From NCBI GenBank assembly GCA_951406725.2, contig OX597826.1, forward strand, positions 9,486,001 through 9,550,000: a DNA stretch of 64,000 bases, in the 5' to 3' direction. The position numbers and the translations under genes were made by a program. How positions within the stretch are numbered: the stretch's first letter is position 1; every line of letters starts with the position of its first letter. The DNA comes from Octopus vulgaris (lineage: Eukaryota). Shown piece after piece: positions 40,683 to 52,674 of the stretch. The notes below the pieces were generated by a model. The model saw only the letters and a list, made by a program, of their open reading frames with translations. It made no database searches and had not been told where the DNA came from.

Positions 40683-41921
40683 ACCTAGGTGAATGGCCAT
40701 GGTGGGTTGAGGAGCTCTACCAACCCCCAAAATCACCTAAATAGTTGATATGATGATGCAAGAAGGGCCAGGTTTATAGGGATGCAGAGGGAGCAATTGC
40801 CCTGGGCATCTGATGATGATACTGGGGGCCCCTTGCTACTAAGGGCATGTAGCTCTCAATACAGGAAGGTCCCTCTCACCTCCCAACAATCAGGCATGAA
40901 GTGGCTCTCTTTCAATATACAAGGATATCTTGACTTCTTAAAAAATGTAATAGATTCTCATTTATGATAAATAACCATTGATTCTGCCACCTTAGAGACA
41001 TCAGTTATTCAATTAAAAAGCACTCCCAAAGCAGCTTACAAATTCCCAAGGGATTTGTTGATGCTTTGGGATGACAGAGAAAAGGGAAACTCTTGAAAAT
41101 GCATATATGTATGTATGTGTGTATGTATTTGTGTGTGTGTTCACGTGCACATATGAATGTATATAAAGATAAGGAGATTAAGAGAAAGAAGTTATTGCCT
41201 CTTGGTCAGATTCCTTCTTTCAATGCATCACTGAGCAATGACCCTGGCTTGACTGATCACAGTTAAAGGCACACACGCATTTCAACTTCTAAACTTATTT
41301 CAGTGAGGCATTGAAAACTGGTCTTATTTTATGAAACAAGTAAGTAAAAAAATGTTCCAAAATTTTAATTCTGAATTTAGTTTTAATTATAAAATTACGT
41401 CTCTCAACAGCTAAAAGCATTCTTTTTTGGTTTTAGAATTATTGCAGATGTATTCAAATGTTTTTCATTAAATCAAACCTTTTATTGTTCTTATTTTTCC
41501 CTATATTTTTCATCATTGTTTCAAACATTGCCTCTATAATGGAGAAGTTTATTTACAAAGCAGTGTGGCAGAAACACATATATGTATACATACAAGCATG
41601 TGTGTGTGTGTGTGTACACATATATATAATTATATCTTTTATCTTTTACTTGTTTCAGTCAGACTGTTGCCCAGCTGGGGCACCACCTTGAATTTTTAGT
41701 CAAATGAATTGACTCTAGTACTTATTTTTAAGCCTGGTACTTATTCTGTCGGTCTCTTTTGCCAAACTGCTATGTTGCAGGGATGCAAACACACCAACAC
41801 CAGTTGTCAAGTGGTGATGGGGGAACAAGCACAGACACAAAGACACATAGATATATATACATATTCAATGGGCTTCTTTCAGCTTCCATCGACCACACAC
41901 ACACACATACACACGTGTGTG

Positions 41922-42102
41922 TAGCCACTAAACCCTATTCTATTTTCTCTCCCTGTTTATTTCTGTGTTCCTTTTTGTCAAAGAGCATGGGCTCGAAACA
42001 TAAAAGACTTTCTCCTTTCTCACTTCCTGAGCATTAAACTAATATATCAGTTTGTTGCTTACACACCCGTCTTCGTCTTTTGTTTTTTTGTAAATTCTCA
42101 CT
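41922..42102 (+). mobile_element. Short element ending in (TA)n with a decayed minimal hammerhead-type motif
   Basis: cttt-ttgtcaa-a-gagc-atgg-gctc-gaaa-ca-ta-aaag at ~41972-42006. Confidence 0.45.
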
Positions 42103-42121
42103 ATATATATATATATATATT

Positions 42122-42182
<61 letters not shown>

Positions 42183-42809
42183 AAAAGTGTGTGTAGCAGG
42201 TGGGTGCACGCCCTTTGGTATTTTGTTACAGTTAAGAAACAGCTCATTGTCTGGGAACTACCAGTTAATCATTGTCCCATTCTACACAACATTGTTATCA
42301 AAGCCTCCAATCTGGGAAAAGTCAAGCCAACAAGGCAGCTTCTTTGTGGTAGGTTGGCAAAGAAATAGTAGCCAAATTTCCTTCAAAATAAACCCAACTG
42401 TATTGAATATAAAGAACATGTTAGAGTTGGAGACTGTAGTCCTAGACACAGAATTGCTGAAAAATGCTGGATAATCATGGCTGGAATGCCTTTGATCATC
42501 GGCCTGCTTAACCAGAGCTGATTTGGGTCTGAACAATAACAAAGACAACTTATCTATGATATATTTGTTGTCATTATATCTCTAGAGGAACAGATTTACT
42601 TAAAAATTATGCATTGCTCAAGCCCTGTACAATTTTTTATTGGAATGCTGGCCCCAGTAAAAGCTCCCACCCGCAAAAACATTGCATCATTTCCTTCGTG
42701 GATGGGCAGTGGATTGACTGGAACATTACAATTGTGTAATGTTTTGTTGCAGCCCTTTGCTATCCCCGCTAAATTCAACTTTGCCTCTCATCCATCTGGA
42801 AATCAATAA

Positions 42810-42841
<32 letters not shown>

Positions 42842-43233
42842 CATGGGTGTGTCAGTGGTCCTGACTCAGGATCTGCAGAATTACTGTTGGAGGTCTGCGA
42901 GCTAAGTTCAGTTTTGAATAGCTGCAGTATAAAATGTCATATTACTCACAATAAATTTGGTAAAAAAAATATGTCTAAAACTTTATAAGCATCTACTATG
43001 CAATAGACTTTGATAAGGTCACAGCACACAATAGAAGCATTCTAAATATAATAACTTCTTGTGCGTCTGATTTCTGTACTTTAGTACTCAACAGCGCTAA
43101 AGAAGATATCAAAACTACAGCAAGGTTTGAAACTGTTGCTGCTATTACTATATATTGTAGGTATGGTATATGACATTTTCTCATATACTTCTCATTCAGA
43201 CATTGATTATTAGCAACATTATCCCTTTGCTTA

Positions 43234-43392
43234 CCATGGGAGTCACTGGTGACTCTCCAGGCTATATTTTTAGTATACTTTTGAAGTCACTTGTGACAAG
43301 TCATGGTATATTTTCAATATGCCATGGGAGTCACCAGTGACTTCCCACAATATATTCTTGATATACCCATAGAAGTCAACGGTGACTCCTAA
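43234..43392. repeat. Four ~44-bp tandem units, each containing an agtcac-nn-gtgact palindrome
   Basis: agtca starts at 43241, 43285, 43329 and 43374. Confidence 0.8.
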
Positions 43393-43573
43393 CAGTGATA
43401 TTTCTTAATTGAGCCTCATAATACTGTCGTTCAAACTATATTAATTACATTATTCAAATTTCATTAAATGTGCAGATACCTTGTTGGCATAGGTGTGATT
43501 GTATGAGAAAAAGCTTGCTTCCCAACCACATGGTTCCAGGTTCAGTCCCATTGCATGGAACCTTGGACAAGTA

Positions 43574-44070
43574 TCTATATACTACTAAAACTCTGTGATT
43601 GCGAATATAAATGGAATAAAACAAGTTTCATGTAAATTGGACCACGGATTCCTGAGATATGCGTTCTTTTTGGGTACCTTCGTAAATAGCCTAAATGGCA
43701 CATAATGGGAAGATAGTCTGAAAGTGACACAACCCTGAAATGGGAATATACAAGAATTCCTTTTGCATTTTTGTAGAAGTGTGGACATATGTCATAAATA
43801 AATGTGTTACTGGAGTTCAAGATTATCTTGGAGATTCTATTTCTATTAGATGTTAATTCTATTAGTTTATCCCGGAAGTTCTAGTTCTATTAAATAACCC
43901 ATAAAACCTTAAACATGAACTTATAAGCCAGACCTATGATGGCACGAGCGAATTGAAACATTTAACTGAATCATCATAAAATTAGCTTTCATTTCAATGC
44001 AGTCTTGAGATCAGCTTCAATGTTTTATAACCTGAGTCGTCAGTGACCCAATGTGTCATGGGTGGTCTAG
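43574..44070 (+). mobile_element. Non-autonomous Helitron inserted in a SINE A copy
   Basis: A|TC 5' end, subterminal hairpin accca...tgggt, CTAG|T 3' end, no TSD; host SINE reads caagta|tcttctact across the insertion. Confidence 0.85.
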
Positions 44071-44350
44071 TCTTCTACTAAAGCCTTGGGCTGACCAAAG
44101 CCTTGTGAGTGAATTTGGTAAATGGAAACTGAAAGAAGCCTGTTATATATATAGTGTAATAACAATAATAATCCTTTGATGAAATTCATAGATATTTTGA
44201 TGTATCGCTATGTGCATTTCCACAAATCACATGTTTCTTAGGATCATAGTCTGTATTCCTGGGATGATTACAGTGCAGTCTGTAAGCCAGCATAATAGAA
44301 TAGGAGATTTTACATGCATATTCAAAACTTTTCCCATAAACAAACTTAAA

Positions 44351-44387
<37 letters not shown>

Positions 44388-45318
44388 AATAGGTGAATGA
44401 ATTATCCTATGTTTATCGTCAGCATGGAAAATTCTATATATATATATAATGTACGTGTTGGTTTGTGTAAGTCTCTCTAACTTAGCACTTTGGCAAAAAA
44501 GAATGATAGAATAAGTACAAGGCTTTACAAAAGAATTAATAAGTACTTGGGTTGATTCATTCAACTAAAATTCTTCAAGGTGATGCCCCAGCATGGCCAC
44601 AGTCTAATGACAGAAACAAGTAAAAGAATGTCTGTATTCTATACATATCAGAAGGGTGCCAATCACTGCTATTTCTATCATTGTAGTGCTACCCTCCATT
44701 AAATAATCTTTGTGAAAAAGAAGCCACTAAGGTTTATATAATATCTGAAATATAATCTACAGAGAAAAAAATAATCATAAATAAATGGAAAAAAATTCAT
44801 AAATCGAGGTATAATGGCCATTTTAACATTTTTAAATATGTATATCACTGGTGACTGCCATGGGACAGAATGAATATAATATTCATTCTGTACTGTGACA
44901 TTCACTTGTGATACCTGTTCCGTAAATCAATATGGTAGTTTGTGATGAATTAGAATATAATATAGTTTTAAAAAATCAAAAATCACATAATTCATTACAA
45001 TATTTAACTGGTTGAACCAATGAAAATATGATGCAAAATGGGCTTGACAGATAGTGTCTATGTAAAGGACCACATGTGAATATGATTCACATTTTTAGGC
45101 CAGCATTAATTTTAAAGCAGGGGTTCTCAACCGGGGTACATATGACTCCTGAGAGTCCATATAAGATTTTTTGGGGTCCATGCAAACAGTATAGTAAAGT
45201 GGAGGTCAACATTAGTATATTACGGGTCCATGAAAAAGTTCTGATTTCGATGAATTTATTGCAAGAAATAGCTAAATTTCTTTCTCATATGTTTTATGTC
45301 ATTCCACCAATACATGTG

Positions 45319-45575
45319 TGGAGGCATGTGGCTTAGTGGTTAGAGTGTCAGCATCATGATCGTAAGATTGTGGTTTCGATTCCTGGACCGGACAACGCAT
45401 TGTGTTCTTGAGCAAAACACTTCATTTCAGGTTGCTCCAGTCCACTCAGCTGGCAAAAATGAGTAACACTGCGATGGACTGGTGTCCCGTCCAGCTCGGG
45501 AACACATATGCCATTGAAACTGGGAAATTGGGCCCATGAGCCTCGCTAGGCTTTAGAAGGGCGCATTTATTTTTT
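45319..45575 (+). mobile_element. tRNA-derived SINE (head related to family C)
   Basis: gtggcttagtggttagagtg...ggtttcgattcc Pol III boxes, then ttgagcaaaacac...ccactcagctg body. Confidence 0.75.
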
Positions 45576-45587
45576 TTATTAACAATA

Positions 45588-45988
45588 TAGGCACAGGAGT
45601 GGCTCTGTGGTAAGTAGCTTGTCTACCAACCACATGGTTCCGGGTTCAGTCCCACTGCGTGGCACCTTGGGCAAGTGTCTTCTACTATAGCCTCGGGCCA
45701 ACCAAAGCCTTGTGAGTGGATTTGGTAGACAGAAACTGAAAGAAGCCCGTCGTATATATTTATATATATATATATATATATGTGTGTGTTTGTCCCCTAG
45801 CATTGCTTGACAACCGATGCTGGTGTGTTTATGTCCCCGTCACTTAGTGGTTTGGCAAAAGAGACCGATAGAATAAGTACTGGGATTACAAAAGAATAAG
45901 TCCCGGGGTCGAGTTGCTCGATTAAAGGCGGTGCTCCAGCATGGCCGCAGTCAAATGACTGAAACAAGTAAAAGAGTAAAAGAGTAAA
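45588..45988 (+). mobile_element. SINE family A, young-looking full-length copy
   Basis: CpGs retained; (GTAAAAGA)n tail. Confidence 0.9.
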
Positions 45989-46357
45989 TACAAGTGAATG
46001 TGTGAGAAACCGAATAAGAATTTTAGAAGAAGCATCTATAAAACTAGATTTTAAACATTGAATGGTTATGGAGGTCCACTGGAATAAAATAGTAATCAAA
46101 GGGTTCAATAGATAAAAAATGGTTGAGAACCCCTGATTTAAAGGATCCCATTTGAATGCAACATATTTGAGCAAACTTTGTATTGTACATGCATCTTCAT
46201 GAATCATTTTCTTCATAACAGTATTAAGTATATCAGTGAAAAACCATTCTTTGTATACCTGGTTATATAATATCCTGGTTGTTATGGATCCCTGGTTAAA
46301 AACTGGAAATACATTAGAGTGTAAAAAAATGGTGAAAATACAGGTGTAGGATGCAGC

Positions 46358-47280
46358 ATGTTTAAACGAGAAATACTGGATCAGGTTTCAAAATGGAAAA
46401 ATTGTAAACATTGTGATGAGTACATATCATTTGGATTTATATACAACTACCACGATGGCAAAGAGAAGCCAAAGTGTGTTCTGTGTTATGAAACATTGTT
46501 TAATGAAAGCATGAAGCCAGCCAAACTTTGTCGACATTTAGAAATGATGCATAAAGAAAACACGAACAAACTCGTTGAATATTTTCAAAGAGGACAGCAA
46601 GAACTACTTTTGTAACGAAAGTCAATAGGAAAAAAAATAACAACTGGCTACGATAATATAAATGCTGCGTTTGCATCATATGATTTGTTTCTGTTAATAG
46701 CGAAGAGTGGAAAACCACACACAACAGCGGAGGAACTAATTCTGCCTGCTGCCAAAGCAATTGCCTTTAGAATGCATGGAGACAAAGTAGTAAGGAATTA
46801 TGCTATGATTCCATTATCAAACAACACTCTGAAGCAGCAAATGGAAGACATGTCTGATAGTGTTAAAAATCTGATAGTGAAAAGAATGCTTAAATGTGAA
46901 AGCTATTCCTTACAATTAGATGAAAGTAAAGATATTTCTAGCTGTGTTGCTTTGAGTACATTCATACGGTATGAATTTAATGGTATGATTAGTGAAGATT
47001 TTCTGTTTTACCAATCATTGCCATCACATGTAACTAGTGAATCTATTTTTAATAGTTTGGATGAGTTTATAATTGAAAATGAAATTAGGTGCTCAAAATG
47101 TGTACAAGTCAATGCTTTTGGGGTTCTTGTAATGTCAGGAAAATATTCAAGGTATAATACCAAATGTCAGATGAGCACCATTGCTGGTAGCAAGGAGCAT
47201 GCCAAGAAAATAGAAGATGACACTGAAGGAGGCATTGAAAATAGTTGATTTTATAAGAACTCATCCATTAAATTCTCAGT
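46358..47280 (+). pseudogene. hAT Buster/Charlie-type transposase fragment (ZBED5/SCAND3-like family)
   Basis: BED-type finger PKCVLCYETLFNESMKPAKLCRHL...H; IAKSGKPHTTAEELILPAA; PLSNNT; YSLQLDESKD (first catalytic Asp); stops, frameshift and truncation. Confidence 0.9.
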
Positions 47281-47703
47281 CATCTTTTCTAATTGGTAGA
47301 TTTATATTCAAAATTTAACAAAATACAGAAATGCTTGCAAGGCAAAGATGTTACAAGTATTCAAACCTGAACACTGCTAATAAAAATGAAAATTAAATAG
47401 GCATGTTTTTATCTTGGAAGCACAAGGTAAAACAGGCGTATTTAAATTTTCGTTGCCACACAGAGATTACAGCTACTTTCCATATTTATGGTAGCTGAAG
47501 AATGAGAAAAAGGGGAAAATTTTCAGTAGTGATCTAGAAATATCCATAAATCACCCAGAGAGATTAAAGAAAGACACTAAAGTACATTTGTAATGTACTT
47601 TAAAGAATATTTTGAGTTCAGTCCCATAGCATGGCTCATTGGACAAATGTTTTCTACTATAGCCCTGGACCATCCTTTAAGTGTCTACGCATGTGTGGGT
47701 AGG

Positions 47704-47739
<36 letters not shown>

Positions 47740-47744
47740 CTATA

Positions 47745-48273
47745 ACAGTGATGTAACCAGCCCACTTACGCATACTTTTCCTTCATTGGACACTAAACTC
47801 TGCTTGCGAAGATCTGTTGAGGCAAGTGAAATTGAAATCGAATCAAATTCGATGACTGGCACCCGTACCAGTGTAGTGCTAAGAGCACCATCCAAGCGTG
47901 ATGATTGCCAGAGCAGCTGACTGGCTTCCATGCTGGTGGCACGTAAAAATGCCTGTGGCACGTGAAGAAACATTCAAGCGAGGTCATTGCCAATGCCGCT
48001 GCACTGGCTCCTGTGCAGGTGGCATGTAAAAAACACCATTTGAGCATGGCCGTTGCCAGTACAGCCAGACTGGCCCTCATGCCAGTGGCATATAAAAGCA
48101 CCCTTTACATTCTTGGAGCGGTTGGTGTTAGGAAGAGCATCCAGTGGTTGGCATTAGGAAGAAACTCTGCCAGATCAGATTGGAGCCTGGTGCAGCCTTC
48201 TGGTTCACCAGTCCTCAGTCAAATCGTCCAACCCATGCTAGCATGGAAAGCGGATGTTAAACGATGATGATGA
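47745..48273 (+). mobile_element. RTE-LINE 3'-UTR fragment
   Basis: Repeated gtggcacgtaaaaa units and gttaaacgatgatgatg tail. Confidence 0.8.
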
Positions 48274-48287
48274 TATATATATATATA

Positions 48288-48297
48288 GGTAGGTAGG

Positions 48298-48386
<89 letters not shown>
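48288..48386. repeat. (GATA)n tetranucleotide microsatellite
   Basis: Direct inspection. Confidence 0.97.
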
Positions 48387-48642
48387 GTGTGTATGTGTTA
48401 CTGTCTCCTTGCCTTGACATCATATGATAGATATAAATGAGTGTCACTATCATACAGTCAGTGTCCTCTATTACCAATTTCTGGCAAAAACATGTCTGGT
48501 CCATGAGGAAATATTGTCTTAATTGGAAACAGGTGATGGTTGACATCAGAAAGGAGATCTGGCTGTAGAAAATCCACCTCAACAAATTCTGTCTGATCCA
48601 TGTGAGCATGGAAAAGTGGACATCAAAATGATGATGATGATG

Positions 48643-48678
<36 letters not shown>

Positions 48679-48742
48679 CATATATATATGTGTGTGTGTG
48701 TGTGTGTTTGTGTATATGTATATGCATGTATATATATATATA

Positions 48743-48789
<47 letters not shown>

Positions 48790-48796
<7 letters not shown>

Positions 48797-50122
48797 ACTA
48801 AAACTCTGTGATTGCTTGCTTGACTGTCATTTAATACAGCCAAACAGGTACATAATGAGAAAATACTCTGAAAGTAAAGCACCCCTGAAATGTGAATAAA
48901 AACGGAATAAAACAAGTTTGGTGTAAATCAGACTACCGGTTTCCAAGATACATTTTGGGGTTTGTTCCTACAAATTTAAGCAGTAAAACCTGCAGTTATT
49001 GCCCTTTACTGTGAACACCAGAAAGATTTTTGCTGGTGTAACTACAGATGTGTACCCCACTGACTTTGTTGCCTCATACAATGAACTCATACTTCGAATG
49101 CTTAAAATTCTTAAAAACTGAAACCAAGTTTCCACACCACATTCAGTTGGGACACCCTGTATCACTTATACATATTTTACAAATCATAATATTTATTGCT
49201 TATTTACAGTTTATACAACATTTTCATGAAACTAACTGAGCCATCGAATTTAGAAATATTTTACAGGTTCTATTGTTTATGTTTGATTACTTTGAATATT
49301 GATTTTTTTTGTGTATCCAGTTTCTAATTTTTGCAGACAATATCACTTTTATACTTTATTTGACATGTGAGTAGAACTCATGTCTGAAAACCTTGTGACA
49401 TACTTAGATTGTTGAAAAAATCGTGCAATAGGGCCCCTCGAATGGATCCTTCTATCTACTATATATTTCTAATATTTTAATTAAACAACCTGAGGGATAT
49501 AACCCTACCACTTGCAGTTTTTAGTGAAGCGATCAATATTTGATTCTCACGATCAGCCGACTTAATTCTGCATATCACTACTCAGTTTTGAACTGCTAAA
49601 CATTATTATTTCACTTCCTTAATTTGAATCTTAAACCTTAAAGACTTCATTCATACATTTCTATACATACATACATACTTTTTTGAATGCCCATTACTCC
49701 GATAATTTTGCATTTTTACAGTTACACTTTTTCCATGAGAGTAGATAAATTTTTTATTCCACAATGTATTTGCAGGCATAGTGTGGATTCGATCCTCAAT
49801 TGCCAAATTTCACTAAACACTTCAACAGCGCTTTTCTCAAGGTAAAACAATAGCTTTTCTGTGAATGACAGCAGTTATACATTTCTCAGATGCATTCTCC
49901 AAACAGAATAATGTCTTTTCCACTTGACCCTTCTAACCTCTTCTAGGACCCCAGAGGCTGGAATGGAGATTCCCTCCTCCAGCTGAGAGTTTTTTGTACT
50001 TTTTCACCACAGAAAATACACCTTTTGTGGCAGTCATAACGTAATTGCTTTCTTATATCAGAGTAATAAGGCATTTCAATAGAACATCTTTACCCCTGGG
50101 AATTACCAGTTATACCAGCTAG
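48790..50122 (+). mobile_element. Longer Helitron copy related to 43574-44070, right end putative
   Basis: Shares 5' actaaaactctgtgattgc and internal ggaataaaacaagttt blocks; candidate 3' hairpin ctgg..ccag and CTAG|T at 50119-50123. Confidence 0.55.
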
Positions 50123-50126
50123 TATG

Positions 50127-50157
<31 letters not shown>

Positions 50158-50280
50158 TTAGCGTCCGTTTTCCATGCTAGCATGGGTTGGACGGTTTAAC
50201 TGGGGTCTGTGAAGCCGGAAGGCTTCATCAGGCCCAGTCAGATTTGGCAGTGTTTCTACGGCTGGATGCCCTTCCTAACA

Positions 50281-50321
<41 letters not shown>

Positions 50322-52554
50322 AATTTTTACTCTCACACATTTACTCTGTACAGGCATATGTGCACATAGATATTCACTCATGCAATATATTTGAATACTT
50401 ATGTATGTGTATATGCACATGTAAGTGAGTGAATGTCTCAATAAATACATGATCACATATACACAATCAAGCAAAATGCTTATATTTAGTATAAACATAT
50501 TGAAATGAAAAAAAAAATTGCTGTAAAAGTTTGTTAAAGGAATCCTTACATATATTACAAGAATTAATTTAAGATTTCAGGTTTTTGAACAGCGTGACAA
50601 TGCTGCAGAGAACTTGAGGAAAGCCTATTGTTAGCTCAATGCTGAATTGAAAAGATGATTCAATGAGAGAATATCAATGTGGTTGCTTGGTGTGTTAGAA
50701 GTAGCAGCCAAGCCTCTTTTAAATCATGCTTTACTGCTGTCTTACAAATGGAAAGACAAGACAAATGGGTGGAATATATGGCCCTTATGTTCAGTGCATT
50801 TTGTTTTCTATTTAGTCATAGCGAGAAAAACAACATCCATGATCCTTATTTTTCAGGGTCTCTGAAAAAGGTTTGTTTATCCCCAATCTGGAGAACTGGC
50901 TCAAATGCTTACAACAGAGTGAATTCCACCAAAGGCATTCAAAGACCAATCATGTAGAGATTTTAAACTGGATGGCAGGTTAAGTGCTTGAGAGAGAGAG
51001 AAAAAAAAAAAAAAGAAAACCAGAAGGGTAGGTCACAGACAGAATACATTCGATCATTGGTTTCACTAACATGTTAACTGCCACATGTACCACCCATGGT
51101 TCATCACAAACTTCACACAACTTCCGTATGCACCACCAGTGGTACATTTTCATAATTTGAGAAAATATTTCATTCTGTATCTTTGATAAAGTTTTGAGGA
51201 TATTTAAAATAACATGAGTGCTAAATATTAAAGTTTAATTACGAAATATTGTAAAAATGCAAAACAAAATTACATTTCCTCGTAATTAAACAACTGTATG
51301 TTATGTGACCCACAGAATTCATGGTATCACCAGTAAATTCCAGCAACAGGCCATAGAGGTTAACATGTTAATCAATGCTAACCTGGGGCTAAACTACATC
51401 TGTTGCTGCTTCTACTACTACTACTACTGCTGTTGCTGCTTCTGCTTTTGTTAGGAAGGAATAAAAATTAGGTATCCGGATGCTTTGTATCAGATGTTAC
51501 AATTTGTTTCACTTAGCAGGGAACACTTCTTTATATTTTTTGTTAATTTTTTTTCCTCTTAATTAAATATGATATTAATACATGATAGCATATACATTTT
51601 TCATGTAGGCTTTTGGTTTTCCCTCACCTCCACCCCTTCATTGAAAATGCAGTGACAGTAAATGACAAAGATTACAATTAAGGTGGTGGTGGTGGTGGTG
51701 GTGGTGGTGTACATATATTTTGTATGCTGTTTTGTCTCCATGTTTATTCTTCCACAGTCAATAATCATTTACTTTTTGTCTTTCACCGCTCTCTCTCTCT
51801 CTCCTCTTCCTTGCAAGCCATGTGTTAAACCCATAAAAACAAACTTGTTGAGCCAGCTAACTAAGCTGAAGCTAGCCCCTGAGTTTTGTATCCAGTCTAC
51901 CATATCGGTTGAAATAATAAATAACACAAAGAGACCCTCTTCTCTTCTCTTTTTTTTCTGGAAGGTGGCCGGGGGGTGGGGGGGAGGGGCAACAAAATTT
52001 CTCTTCATGACAAACATCATCTGTGTTTACTGTAGCATAGTGCTCTTGTCCTGCAAGTCTCAATCTAGCCACACCTGTCACCCAGGATATATGCATGACA
52101 CAACTCTATTCCAATTATGATTCACACTATATTGAATAGAACAGGTTCATAACTTAGATTAGTAATATTGAACATTAATAAATATGGAAGGGGCAACTTG
52201 GAAAGAGAGAGAGAACGAGAGAGAGAGAGAGAGAGCAAGAGAGAGAGAGAGAGCAAGAGAGAGAGAGAGAGAGAGTAAGTCAATCTCGATCATCATTCTG
52301 CTCCGACAGCATCAAAGAACTCATAAAATATAATAAAACCCACTAAAATACTGAAAGTAAATAAATAATAAGAAAAAGAATGTAATAATCAATAAAAGAC
52401 TTATTTTTTTTTATACATATTATCAACAACCCAGAGATTTTATTTAAGGTCACTCTTGGTTTTTTTTTTTTTGTTACAACTAACGTTTTAACCTACTACA
52501 TTTTCTGTGTGTATATGAGTTTTTTTGGGGGGTTTTTTTTTGGTTTTGTTGCAG

Positions 52555-52674
52555 TGGGTTTTTAGTCGTGAGTTAGAAGTTCCACTGTGTCCGTGATCTT
52601 AGCAGGCAGGCCTCCTATGAGGAGTAATGGTTTGAGATGGACGGAGAGGAAATATAAAAAATGAGTTTGACTAT
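52555..52674 (+). other. Candidate 5'-UTR/first-coding exon of a host gene
   Basis: Upstream GTAAGT donor at 52275, ctaac branch-like motif at ~52480, T-rich tract plus cag acceptor, GTATGT donor at 52675; TE-poor surroundings. Confidence 0.3.

Larger units (their letters stand above)
45118..46135. mobile_element. hAT (Buster/Charlie-type) MITE with two nested SINEs
   Basis: Perfect 15-bp TIR caggggttctcaacc / ggttgagaacccctg; TSD ttttaaag/atttaaag; body homologous to 39932-40682. Confidence 0.9.

Noticed and set aside
43234-43392. CRISPR-like array of palindromic repeats
   Set aside because: Linkers are similar to each other (tandem repeat), the repeats are degenerate, there are no cas genes, and the context is eukaryotic
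45319-45395. Possible tRNA gene (also at ~4620-4693 and the SINE heads)
   Set aside because: A/B boxes are present but the cloverleaf is incomplete and continues into a SINE body
46358-47248. Domesticated ZBED5/SCAND3-like host gene
   Set aside because: Stop codons, a frameshift and C-terminal truncation indicate a dead transposase
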